Source of the DNA: Octopus sinensis
Taxonomy: Eukaryota
Reading direction: 5' to 3'
Assembly: GCF_006345805.1 (NCBI RefSeq)
Contig: NC_043004.1
Span: forward strand, 806,001-870,000
Length of the DNA stretch: 64,000 nt
Shown here: one piece after another, positions 52,986 through 64,000 of the stretch
Layout: each line of letters starts with the position of its first letter
How positions within the stretch are numbered: the first letter of the stretch is position 1
Translations under genes and position numbers: made by a program
Notes under the pieces: model-generated
What the model saw: only the letters and a program-made list of their open reading frames with translations
Told to the model about the DNA's origin: nothing
Databases searched by the model: none

Positions 52986-53215
52986 GGCAGCGAGCTGGCA
53001 TAATCGTTAGCACGCTGGGCGAAATGCTTTGCGGTATTTCGTCTGCCGCTACATTCAGAGTTCAAATTCCGCCAAGGCCGACTTTGCCTTTCATCCTTTC
53101 GGGGTCGATTTAATAAGTACCAGTTACGCACTGGGGTTGATATAATCGACTTAATCCGTTTGTCTGTCCTTGTCTGTCCCCTCTGTGTTTAGCCCCTTGT
53201 GGGTAGTAAAGAAAT
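52986..53215 (+). mobile_element. SINE S2 long form, young copy
   Basis: Full head to GTAGTAAAGAAAT. Confidence 0.85.
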
Positions 53216-53750
53216 AATTATGTAATTTGTGTTTTAGGGCACTATTAGGTGTGATTGTTGGTGACTAAATATTGTACTATGTAGTGTTCTGTACTGTGAC
53301 ATAATTAATAACTTTAGTGTGGTATTAGATGGGATTTTTAGTGACCTAGTGTACTGTGTTGTGTTTGTGCATGTAAGTATTGCTTGCTCTTTGTTCTACC
53401 TTCAATAAAATAATCTGACATCATTCCAGAGCGTGTTTGCAATGAGTCAGCAACTTACTATTATTCTAACTGAGTATCCTATTTCGTATTCTGTTTACTT
53501 AAAAACAAACACTGTGTATGTGCATGCGTGTGCGTGTGTGTGCGTGTGTGTGTGCGTGCGTGTGTGTGTGTGTGTGTGATGGGATGGGATTGTTTGTGTA
53601 GAAGTAGGTGTGTGTGTGTGTGCTTGCGTGTGTGTGTGTGTGTGATGGGATGGGATTGTTTGTGTAGAAGTAGGTGTGTGAGTGTATGTATAAATGTACA
53701 TATGTGTAAGAATACAAGTGTTTGTGTGTGTGAACGTGCAGATATGAATG

Positions 53751-53783
<33 letters not shown>

Positions 53784-55508
53784 GAGCATACACAAATAAA
53801 CTTAATGTTTGTGTGTAAAATACACGTGTATGCATATATTTGTATATATATGTACACACGCATGCTCATACATTCCCATAGACATAGGCGTTAACAGAAC
53901 CTGGACGGTGCGTCAGGCAACCAAGAACAAAATAAACACTAAACAAGATAAAACAGCAACACACTCCCAGAAAAATGGCACACCGCACACACACACACTC
54001 ACACACACACATCAAAGAAGTAGGCCATTTAACAAAACTGACCTCAGCACCACAAGTGATGGCCTCAATGTAGCCATGGAAGTGGCTGCTCCAATAGGGT
54101 GGCTTCCACCCATGTTGCACAGTGGGATCTGGGGACATTTTGGCAGTGTTGATTCGATGCTGACTTATTTGACATCAGACATTTTAATGTTTCTCTCATT
54201 CTCTACTTCCTTCCTTCTCTTCCCCCTTTCCTCCATTTATGTGTGCTAGCATCTTTGTTTTTGCATATGAGGAAAGAGGAAAGTGTCTGTCGATTGTCTT
54301 CACTTAATAAATAGTAATGTCTCTCTATCTGTACTTGTATACTTCAGTGCATGCACAAGTGTGTGTGTGTGTGTGTGTTTGCCTCCAGTATCAAAAACTG
54401 TTGTCATCCAAACTGGTTGAATGTCCCGTCAACTATGCCAGATCATCTACTTCCAAAGAGCTGCACCCAGTTGTCTCATTCTGTAACCAAAATACAAACA
54501 AGGTTAACCCTTCCTTCCTCAATGTGTCCTTTGGTTGCACAGGGTCACTGGCTGGTCAACCTCTTAATGATGCCCAACACGCAATATATAAAAGATTCAA
54601 ATCAAGAGAGCTTCAAGGCCATATGATGCTGGGAGTTATATGAACACAGATTTTCTCAGGTCTTGGGAGTTGCTGGACAAAATTATCTATCTTGCCGATG
54701 GCCGATCACTGAGAATATTTCTTTCCCTTGGCTTTGCTATGGTCAACTTGCTCATGCCATAGGTTTCCTATTCTTTCTTGACCCTTAATTAACATGAAAG
54801 AACTGGTTACTTTGAAGAAGCTTATGATCTCTGAATTGGTGAGACAATTTGCCATGATGATGCTGTTATGTCTGGGAAAGAAATGAGATGATTAAAATTT
54901 GGTGCATGCACCACAACACATTGGGCCACCTTCCATTTGTGGGCCACTAAATTTGGTAACCCTCAAATGGAAGGCGGCCTCATGTATTGTGGTTATTGCA
55001 ACAAATTTGTTACACACCACTAGTCACAATGCACTTCCTTGCATTGTTGTTTTCAAATGATGCTGCCCTGTTGGCTAGGTGGGTAGGCTGACATTTCCTT
55101 TGAACCAGATGACTGTACATCTCAAGGTTATCTATTTAAAGTTGAGGCGACTGGACCAGCGTGAAATGAAGTGTTTTGCTCAAGAACAAAACACATGCTG
55201 AGCTGGGAATTGCAACACCCTAATCATTAGCCAGTGCAATTTTACATAGATGTGTGTGTGTGTATGCATAGTTTCCTTCTTATATATTATAGCATATCTT
55301 ACCTGTAAAATTCCTTGTTCTGTCCCCTACTTCCACCACAGGCAACGCTAATGTTAGCAAACATTCATCAAACTGTAACACAAGTGACTATTGAAAACTC
55401 ATCAACTGCTCAGTGGCTCACAAACAAAAAGGATTTCTTTTAATTTGTGAAAAGGGCTGAGGCCCATCTGTTGCTAACCCCTTTTTTGCTTAAGAAATGA
55501 ATTGAAAC

Positions 55509-55704
55509 CTCTTACAGTGGGTACTATCTACTGACATTTACAAACTATACACAAACGTTGGTAGACCACTTCAGACTTACATAAAGCAATTGTGTGAGGA
55601 CTCCAAGTGTGCCTGAGAAGACCTACCTTGTGCAGTGGCAAACTGAAGAGACTGGATAGAATGAGTCACGGTGATCTGTGTAATAAGCACAAATGGATGA
55701 TGAC
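55509..55704 (+). pseudogene. RTE LINE C-terminal relic
   Basis: VGRPLQTYIKQLCEDSKCA*EDLPCAVAN*RDW matches GRPxxTYIxQLxxD...EDLPxxMxDRxxW; (GAT)n tail. Confidence 0.6.
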
Positions 55705-57198
55705 AGTGTGTGTCATTCAAAATCTAGTCCCTCAGGGTTTAGCAGGCATTAATTGGTGAGAGAAAAATATAACACTGACTGCTGTTTCACACCCAAAGGG
55801 CAAAGATATTTGTTGATAAAATACATTTTTAGCAGACAATTACCGGGGAAAGTGTTTAAGATAATATTGTGGATAAACAATTTGACCTGGCAGTAAAGTT
55901 GTTGTTTGAATAGGTTCTCTCCTCTACCTCTTACACTCAATTACGCTTACACACACACACACACACACACCACACACACACACACATATATGTACTTTCG
56001 TATATAACAATATACTTTAATTATTTAATCAGTACTTAATGGTTTAATCTATTTGATAAGTGTTAATATCTGATAGAATTTATGAAGTGAAAGAAAAGCT
56101 GGAAGTCCTAAGTAGTTTAGTGTTTGCCTTGGTGTCTGTTTTGCATTGTTTCTTATTTTATTAAAGTTATTTGCCTTTGGTCATGCTGGAGCACTGCATT
56201 TGTGTTTGTCCCCCCTCTTGACAATTGGTGTTGGTTTGTTTATGTTCCCCATAGCCTAGCAGTTGGCAAAAGTGTCTGATAGAATAAGTACCAGGCATAA
56301 AAATATGTCCTGTGGTTGATCTGTTTAAATAAAACCCTTGAAGGTGTTGCTCCAGCATGGGAATAGTCGAGTAACTGAAACAAGTGAAAGCAGAAAGATA
56401 ACCACCATCTATCATCAGATAAACAGCCAGGCTCGCACAGACATATGATGGGCTTCCATGCAGTTTTTCCCCCTTTGCTGAATCCCACTCACAAAGTTTT
56501 CATCAACACTTTGCCAACAGTGTATTGCGTAATGAGATTGAACTCTGAAGTCTGTGGTCACAAAGTGACCCACTTAACCATACAGTCATGCCTATTCTTA
56601 TCAGTGCCCTTCCAACTAATGCCCTTTATATCTCCCTCTACATCTCCCTCTCTGCTCCACCTACACCTTGCACTTCATCCCACCACTTTCTGACCTTTTT
56701 GCCTTCCTAACCCCCACTCCTACATCTCCCACCTTTTCCTTCTCCATGCTGGTATTTCCATTCAGCTCCAGACCCACTCCTCATCATTTAGTACATTCTT
56801 CGCCTCTACCTCCATCTTTAACCATCTGTTTACTCCCCACCCCCGCCGCATTCTATGAAGGCATTCACTCTCTCATCCCCTCCCATGATCCACTGTCCTT
56901 ATCCTCTCTTGCACCTTAGGAGTTTGTTCTGACATCCCATCACTACTTTCCTCATACTTCTCCTTCAGCCATGTAGCAAGACCCTGTGCCATTCTTCAGG
57001 CATAAAGCCACCCATCTCCACCTTCCTATCTCAATAGTGAGAAGCTGTTCATTTTCTTTTCTTCTTCTCTGTTCTTCTTCTCTTGTCAGTTGCATGCCAG
57101 CCTCAGTAGTGCTGATGGCACAAAAAGTACACAAATAAATAAAGCACCCAGTTTACTGTAAAGTGGTTGGTGTTAAGAGAGGCATCCAGCCATTTGAA

Positions 57199-57621
57199 CA
57201 GCACTGGATTAACCATTAAGCAAAATAAGCGTGCGCTTAGGGCATCAAGAGAAGGAGGGGGGCACCTCAGAAATGGTAAATGGTCTACGGCACAAAAGAA
57301 ATCACTTTAAACTTACTAAAATAATATTTCGGATGCCTTTATCTGTACTAAGTCTAGATGCAGATGTGTTACCTAAGATTAATTTTGAGGATTTGATCGA
57401 AGACTTTTCAATTCAAAAAAGTAGGAGGAAACTTTTCAAATATAAGGTGGAAGTAGACAAAAATAAATATCATTTTCCCTCTTAATGTTTTGTTTCGTTT
57501 GGAAAATTAAAAATATATTTTATGGTTTGTTATTGTTTGTATTTTGAATTACATAATCTTTTCTGGGGGCACCAAAATCTTTGAAGTGCTTAGGGTCTCG
57601 ATGTGTCTTAATCTGGCCCTG
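57199..57621 (+). mobile_element. hAT deletion derivative retaining the transposase C-terminus
   Basis: TIRs CAGCACTGGATTAA / TTAATCTGGCCCTG; LSVLSLDADVLPKINFEDLIEDFSIQKSRRKLF resembles the end of the hAT dimerisation domain. Confidence 0.65.
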
Positions 57622-57991
57622 CATTGGAACCATGCCAAAACAGACAATGGAACCTTGCTGCTTACTGGATCCTATTAAAATGTCCAACCCATGCCAGCAT
57701 GGAAAGTAGGTATCAAATGATGATAGTGAAAGCCCCCCCCCCCAGTTTCCATATACCAAATTCACTCACAAGATAGTTGGAGACACTTGCCCAAGGTGTT
57801 GTGCAATGAGACTGAACCCGAAACCATTTGGTTACAAAGGCAGCTGCTTAACCACACAGCCATGCTTGCACCGAATGTCTGAAAAAATTTCAAAGAAGCT
57901 TGAATAACTTTGATCAGTATTCTCCTTGTTGCGACTGGGGCTTGGCAACAGTAGCTAACAGATGAAGTCAGAAGCTCTTGCAATGGTTTAA

Positions 57992-58213
57992 CCCTTTCGT
58001 TACCGTATTTATTTTGAGATGCTCTATGTCTCTTTCATTTAATTTTAAATATAACAAAGAATTGAGTAAAATAACTCAGTTATCATTAAGCTAATGTTAG
58101 GAACATAAATTGTTACTACGATTTGGTGGGAAATTTTAATTCAAAACTTATGCAAACAAGACATTTGTACTACAGAGCCAGAGGTGGTTTCAGCTGGGTT
58201 GGCATCGAATGGG
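57992..58213. mobile_element. piggyBac-type MITE P1 (opposite orientation)
   Basis: TTAA|CCCTTTCGTTACC; reverse complement of 38849-39069. Confidence 0.8.
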
Positions 58214-58789
58214 TTTAAGTGGGTCACTTTATTTTTTGGAATGCGTCTATCATTTCACATACAATTTCACACTCACACAATTACGCACATACACAATTGC
58301 ACACACACTCAATTACACACAATTACCCCCCACCCCACACACACACACTTGACATTGCTTCTGCACAGTTTCCATCTTCCGAATTGTCTTAAGGCAGCAG
58401 CTGGCCTGGGGGCTATTGTGGAAAACATTTGCTGAAGGTGTCACACAGTGGGACTGAAACCTGATACTCTGTGACTACAAAATGTACGCCTTGACCGCAC
58501 AGTCATGCCTGCACCTATTTAATATTCTGATATCTTTGGTAAGTGGTATTATCTGATAGGATTGAGAAGTGAAAAGTTGGAGCTCTTAAGTGGTTTAATC
58601 CTTCAGCATTTAAACTGGCCACATCCGGCTCAGATATTTTTCCTGCTTTATGTTCAACCTGGCCAGGTCTGGCATCTCACACCAACACTACAATATCATT
58701 CTAAAAATAAACAATCACATCATTAAAATCTCAATTCTAATGAGATGATGCATGAGTAATTCGAAATAATGAGGAAAAAAGCATTCATC

Positions 58790-59270
58790 ATCATCATCAT
58801 CTGCTTTCCATGCTGGCATGGGTTAGACAGTTTGACTGAAACTGGTAAACTGGAGAGCTGTACCAGGTTCCAATCTGATTTGGCATGGTTTCTATGGCTG
58901 GATGCCTTTCCTAATGCCAACCACTCCAAGAGTGTAATGGGTGCTTTTTATGTGCCACCGGCATGGGTGCCAGTTATGTCACATCGGTATTGGCCACAAC
59001 TATGCTTTCACTTGGCTTCATGTGTCTTCTCATGCATGGCACATTGCCAAAGGTCTCAGGCATGTATCATTGCCTCTGTGAGGCTCCATGTTTGAAGGGT
59101 ACTTTTTACATGCCACCAGTATGGGTGCTTGTTACATGACTATGTTTTCACTTGGCTGGTTGGGTCTTCTCAAGCATAGCCTATTCACAAAGGTCACAGT
59201 TACTTGTCATTGCCTCCACGAGGACCATCATTTGAAGATCATGCTTCACCACCTTGTCCCACATCTTCCT
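58790..59270 (-). mobile_element. Family S3 / RTE-tail copy
   Basis: Reverse complement of the S3 tail. Confidence 0.7.
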
Positions 59271-59565
59271 GGGTCTACCACTCTCACAGGTTCCCTGCAT
59301 GCTAAAGGGTTACTTGTGTATTCAGCAGATGTACACAAACCAACAGTTGTGCCTTAGTTTTCCTTTTTCCTGATTCTACACATTTGTTTGTAGCCATGCT
59401 GGGAAATTATTTTCATGGTTTTAGCTGACCTATACTTATTTGTTTCTGGTTCTAATTTTACTTATCTCTATTTGTAAAACTGCTTTGTTATGGGACATAA
59501 AGAGACATAACTTAAACCATTTTTAGACTGCAAAAAATATCTCTCTGCACAATTTTATATATATA

Positions 59566-59776
59566 TGTGACCGCGTGTGTACTGTTGGCGATTTTTTTTT
59601 TTTCCTCTATCTTCCCTTCTCTGGATCTTTCCTTTTCCTATGTTTCTGACGAAGAGCTCCGCTCGAAATGTTAAACCCTCCTTCTTTCTTTCTTTCCTGA
59701 GCGTCCAATAATACTATATTTATTCCACGTCCTCGCATTGTTGTGTTTTTTTGTGCTTTCTTGTTTGGATTAACTT
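59566..59776 (+). mobile_element. Short Penelope-like terminal-repeat element with hammerhead
   Basis: Flanked by (TA)n; inverted copy at 61099-61280. Confidence 0.7.
59642..59676 (+). ncRNA. Minimal type I hammerhead motif
   Basis: GUUU-CUGACGA-A-GAGC(UCC)GCUC-GAAAU-GUU-AAAC. Confidence 0.65.
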
Positions 59777-60305
59777 TATATATATATACATACGTACTTG
59801 CATAAGCCATCCAACCCTTGCCAGCATGGACAATGAACATTGAATGATGACGATATTAATGCAAAGGCACATGTCTTCGTGATTACTTGCCCTACGGATG
59901 TAAGGTCATGAGTTCAATTCCTTGCAGCACGTTATGCCCTTGAGCAAGACACTTAACTTCACATTGTTCCAGTCCACTCACCTGGCAAAAATGAGTTGTA
60001 CCTGTAATTCAAAAAAGACAAGCTTGTCACATTCTACCACCCTGAATCTCCCCGAGAGCTACGTTAGGGATATTATGTGTTTGTGGAGCACTCAGCCACT
60101 TGCATGTTAATTTCATGAGCAGGCCGTTCTGTTGATTGAGTCAACTGGAGCACTCGTCATCGTAATGGACAAAGTGCTAGTATATATATATATTTTTATA
60201 TTGATAAAAATGGTAAGACAACAAAAGAAAGAAAGAAACTTCGATATTATGTAAATAGAGGAATTTATCTGTAAATGTAATATGTGAAAATTATTCGGTA
60301 GCCAT

Positions 60306-60366
60306 GTTAAAACTCTGAGTTTCGAATGCCGAGGTGGAAATCCACGCCACCATCTCTTCAGTTATC
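60306..60366 (-). ncRNA. Type I hammerhead motif, left arm
   Basis: GAUAA-CUGAAGA-GAUG GUGG...CCAC...CAUUC-GAAAC-UCAGA-GUU-UUAAC. Confidence 0.55.
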
Positions 60367-60441
60367 CGGCCATCGGAAAAATGCTGTGAGCAATTTCCCT
60401 TTGTATAATGGTCATTTTTCATAGCATTTTTCCGATGGCTG

Positions 60442-60502
60442 GATAACTGAAGATGTGGTGGTGTGGATTCCCACCTCGGCATTCGAAACTCGGAGTTTTA
60501 TC
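60442..60502 (+). ncRNA. Type I hammerhead motif, right arm
   Basis: GAUAA-CUGAAGA-[31 nt]-GAAAC-UCGGA-GUU-UUAUC: perfect 5-bp stem I, self-complementary stem III ACUC/GAGU; the stem II closing pair is mismatched in this copy. Confidence 0.55.
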
Positions 60503-61098
60503 ATGGCTACCGAATAATTGTCTCATATTACATTTACAAATATATATATAATTTTGGTAAACAAACCCAAAAGGCTTTGTAAGTCATGGAGAGAAATGAT
60601 AAGGTTAGCGTATCATTTTTCAGTCATTTGTTTATATTTAAGAATTGTCGCTTCAAATCGGAGAATGAATATTATTATGATATATTATATATGTGTGTGT
60701 ATACACATACATATATCATTGGCAGAATGACCTTGTCGTTATAACGTTTGTTTCAACATATGGTTTCACATCAAATACCATGCAAAATATATTTTGCATG
60801 TTTGTGTTTTTTCTAAGAATATTTCATGTGAAACCATATGTTGGAATAGTTGATGTATTATGGGATGCTGATCTTACAACCGAGACACCCTGGTTGTCGC
60901 TAACATTATCATTAATTAATTAATTAAATGATTTTTCAATATATCTGTGATCTTTTCAGTGATTTTTCTGTGACTGTTTTCTTTCTGTTTATGCTTGGCA
61001 TTTGTATATATTTTGTGATGTGTTGATTGAAGTATGTGTGTACATATGTGAGTGTGTAGTTGTCTTCTTTTACATATGCATGTATGCATTATATATAT

Positions 61099-61280
61099 AG
61101 CTAATCCAAACAAGAAAGCACAAAAAACACAACAACGCGAGGATGTGGAACAAATATAGTATTATTGGATGCTCAGGAAAGAAGGAGGGTTTAACGTTTC
61201 GAGCGGAGCTCTTTGTCGGAAACATAGGAGAAGGGAAGACAGAGGAAAAAAAATCACCAACGGTACACACGCGGTCACAT
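61099..61280 (-). mobile_element. Inverted copy of the 59566-59776 element; hammerhead core decayed (CCGACAA) at 61189-61223
   Basis: Direct sequence comparison. Confidence 0.75.
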
Positions 61281-61961
61281 TTTGAATGACCGGAAGGTTT
61301 CCTGGATTTTGTGGCGGATATATTCCTCCACTGTTGCAGGATTACTCATTCCTGCTAGCTGAGTGGATTGGAGCAATGTGTAGTTTCTTTGTTCAAGAAC
61401 ACAATGAGTTGTCTGGTTCAGGAACCAAAACCACAATCTTACAATCATGACTACAACATCCTAACAACTCCGTCTCTCTCTCTCTCACATTCATTAAACT
61501 TTTACGAGAAAACAAGTTACTGTGACTTAGAAATTTTGGCTTGCTAGCCTTTGATTTTTTTATTTACAATATATAACACTATGTATCTGTACATACATAT
61601 ACACACTCAATCACAAGCACATACACATGCATGACAAACCAATAATATACATGAGGGAAGCTTATTTACCACTACAAACACCTGCAGCTCCACAATTACA
61701 TTCATACCAAAGAGAAATGTGATGACAGACGTAAAAACACTCATTAGACACTGCACAAAATACATACAAATACCAGACATAAATAAATGAAAAGATACAG
61801 ACACTGACAAAACTTTGTAAGGGCAGCAATCGTGAGGGCGAGAGACTTTGACAAATTAATTAATTAATAATAATAATAATAATAATAATAAAAAGAAAGT
61901 CAACTAGTAGGTTTTTTTTTCTTTCCCTTTTTACTCAGGAAAATGACTCTCCTAAAATACT

Positions 61962-61997
<36 letters not shown>

Positions 61998-62717
61998 GCA
62001 TACATACACACATACATACATGTATATATTTATGTATAAGTATGTGTGTGTGTGTGTGTGTGGTGTGTGTGTGCAGATATAGTTTGCTACTGTTTCCCTT
62101 TTATGGTGATTCATGTACCTACTGGTGTTTTGTGTCTTACCTTAGTGATATATCACTACCACCACCATTTACCACTGCCATCATCATGGCCATTTCTCAC
62201 CACCACCACCACCACCACCACCACCACCACCACCACCACCACCACTACAACTGCCACCATGCCCCCTGCCATTTCCCACCTATTACCTGTCTTTTCTTTA
62301 ATCTCCTCATTAGATTACTTTTATAGTTAATAGAAGCAGTGACTTTGCACTTTTCGTTTTTCCCTCTTCTTTCTCTCTCTCTCTTTTCCCCTCGTTCAAT
62401 GCTTTTCTGTTTCCTTCCCCCCCCCGTTTGCTCATTTTTTTAAAACTTGTTTTTTTTTTTTTTTTCTCTCCCTCAGCCTATTAAGGCACTCAATTCTGTT
62501 TATTTTCCATTCTACTTATATCGCTTCAAATTCAATCATTGACAGAACGATACAAGCAAAACTGACGTGGTGGTGGTGGTGGGGGGTAGAAGTATTTCAC
62601 CCTTTATCGGCAAACAGCTGTTTGTTTTCTGTGTTAATCTACGAAGAGAATTATTCGTTCTCAGTCTCTCCGTTCCATCGGAATAGCTTCTCGTGTGATT
62701 TGTCAATATATCGATGT

Positions 62718-63105
62718 TCTACTCTTGTGTTTGTTTCAGTCATTTGACTGCGGCCATGCTGGAGCACGGCCTTTAGTCAAAACCCATCGCCTCCCCCAGG
62801 ACTTATTCTTTGTAAACCTAGTACTTATTCTGTCGGTTGCTTTTGCCGAACCGCTAAGTTTCGGGGACGTAAGCACACCAGCATCGGTTGTCAAGCGATG
62901 GTGAGTGGACAAACACAGACGCACATATATATTTATATATATGACAGGCTTCTTTCAGTTTCTGTCTACCAAATCCCCTCACAAGGCTTTGGTTGGCCCA
63001 AAGCTATAGTAGAAGACAGTTGCCCAAGGTGCCATGCATTGGGACTGAACCTGAAACCATATGGTTGCTAAGGAAGCTACTTACCACCCAGTCACTCCTG
63101 TGCCT
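62718..63105 (-). mobile_element. SINE S1
   Basis: Reverse complement of S1. Confidence 0.8.
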
Positions 63106-63119
63106 TGTTTTTTTTTATG

Positions 63120-63520
63120 TCTTTTATCTTTTACTAGTTTCAAACATTTGACTGTGGCCATGCTGGGGCACCACCTTGAATTTTTAGTTGAATGAATCGA
63201 TCCCCAATATTTATTACTTCTTTAAGCCTGGTACTTATTCTATCAATTCCTTTTGCTGAACTGCTAAGTTATGGGGATGCAAACACACCAACACCGGTTG
63301 TCAAGTGATGGTGAGGGGACAAACACACATTCACACACACACACATATATGTATATATACGACGAGCTTCTTTCAGTTTCCATCTACCAAATCCACTCAA
63401 GGATTTGGTCAGCTCAAGGCTATAGTAGTAGACATTTGCCCAAAGTTCCACAATTGGGACTGCATCTGGAACCATAAGGTTGAGGAGCAAGCTTCTTACC
63501 ACACAGCCACACCTGTGCCT
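63120..63520 (-). mobile_element. SINE S1, tandem copy
   Basis: Reverse complement of S1. Confidence 0.8.
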
Positions 63521-63679
63521 ATATATATATATGCATATATACATATACACATACACGTGAGGGGCTTCTTCTAATTTCTGTCTACTAAATCCATTCACAA
63601 GGCTTTGGTTGGCCTGAAGCTATAATGGAAGAAACTTACGTCAGTCAGGTGCCACGCAGTGAAACTGAACCAGGGTTGG

Positions 63680-64000
63680 ACGATTTGACTGAGGTCTGGG
63701 AAGCCAGGAGGCTACACCAGACTCCAATCTGATCTGGGAGAGTTTCTACAGCCGGATGCCCTTCCTAATGCCAACCACTCTGAGAGTGTAGTGGGTGCTT
63801 TTATGTGCCATTGGCATGAGGGCCAGTTAGGTGGTACTGGCAGCAGCCATGCTCAAATGGTGCTTTTTATGTGCCACCTGCACAGGAACCAGTCCAGCGG
63901 CTCTGGCAATGACCTTGCCCTAACCCTAACCCTTTTTTTCATGTGTCACCAGCACAAGTGCCAGTAAGGCGACGCAGGTAACGATCACACTTGAATGGTG
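63680..64000 (-). mobile_element. Family S3 copy running off the window end
   Basis: GGATGCCCTTCCTAATGCCAACCACTC plus subrepeats. Confidence 0.75.

Larger units (their letters stand above)
60195..60538. mobile_element. Inverted pair of Penelope-like terminal repeats forming a ~270-bp palindrome
   Basis: Arms 60270-60389 and 60419-60538 are close reverse complements; (TA)n on both sides. Confidence 0.75.

Noticed and set aside
56960-57010. Minus-strand CUGAAGA followed by GAAG, a possible hammerhead
   Set aside because: No GAAA and no convincing stem II or stem I.
61710-61810. Box C (GTGATGA) and box D (CTGA) about 90 nt apart
   Set aside because: No terminal stem and no D'/C' boxes; expected by chance.
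63918-63932. (CCCTAA)2.5 telomere-like motif
   Set aside because: Too short and inside an S3 repeat.

Overview
AT-rich, repeat-saturated animal DNA. The SINE, MITE and microsatellite repertoire resembles that of octopod (coleoid cephalopod) genomes; this is inferred from my recall of those repeats, not from a database search. I find no intact protein-coding gene, rRNA, tRNA gene or CRISPR array. Almost all ORFs in the supplied track are microsatellite or SINE artefacts. The window is a mosaic of four element groups. First, several tRNA-derived SINE families. Second, degraded LINE fragments (RTE, CRE-type RLE endonuclease, L2/CR1-like). Third, non-autonomous Helitrons, one carrying a PIF1-helicase fragment. 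Fourth, hAT, Tc1/mariner and piggyBac MITEs plus hAT transposase relics. The most notable signal is a set of minimal type I hammerhead-ribozyme motifs (CUGANGA / stem II / GAAAC-GUH) with covarying stems, lying in short Penelope-like terminal-repeat elements. They include a 247-bp tRNA-headed SINE carrying a hammerhead and flanked by a perfect 10-bp TSD (43361-43607), and a 270-bp palindrome with a hammerhead in each arm (60270-60538). There is also a sharp CpG-retention to CpG-depletion transition near 27.7 kb, which coincides with a change in repeat composition and suggests the edge of a methylated gene body. Repeat boundaries were read by eye and are approximate unless termini or TSDs are quoted.
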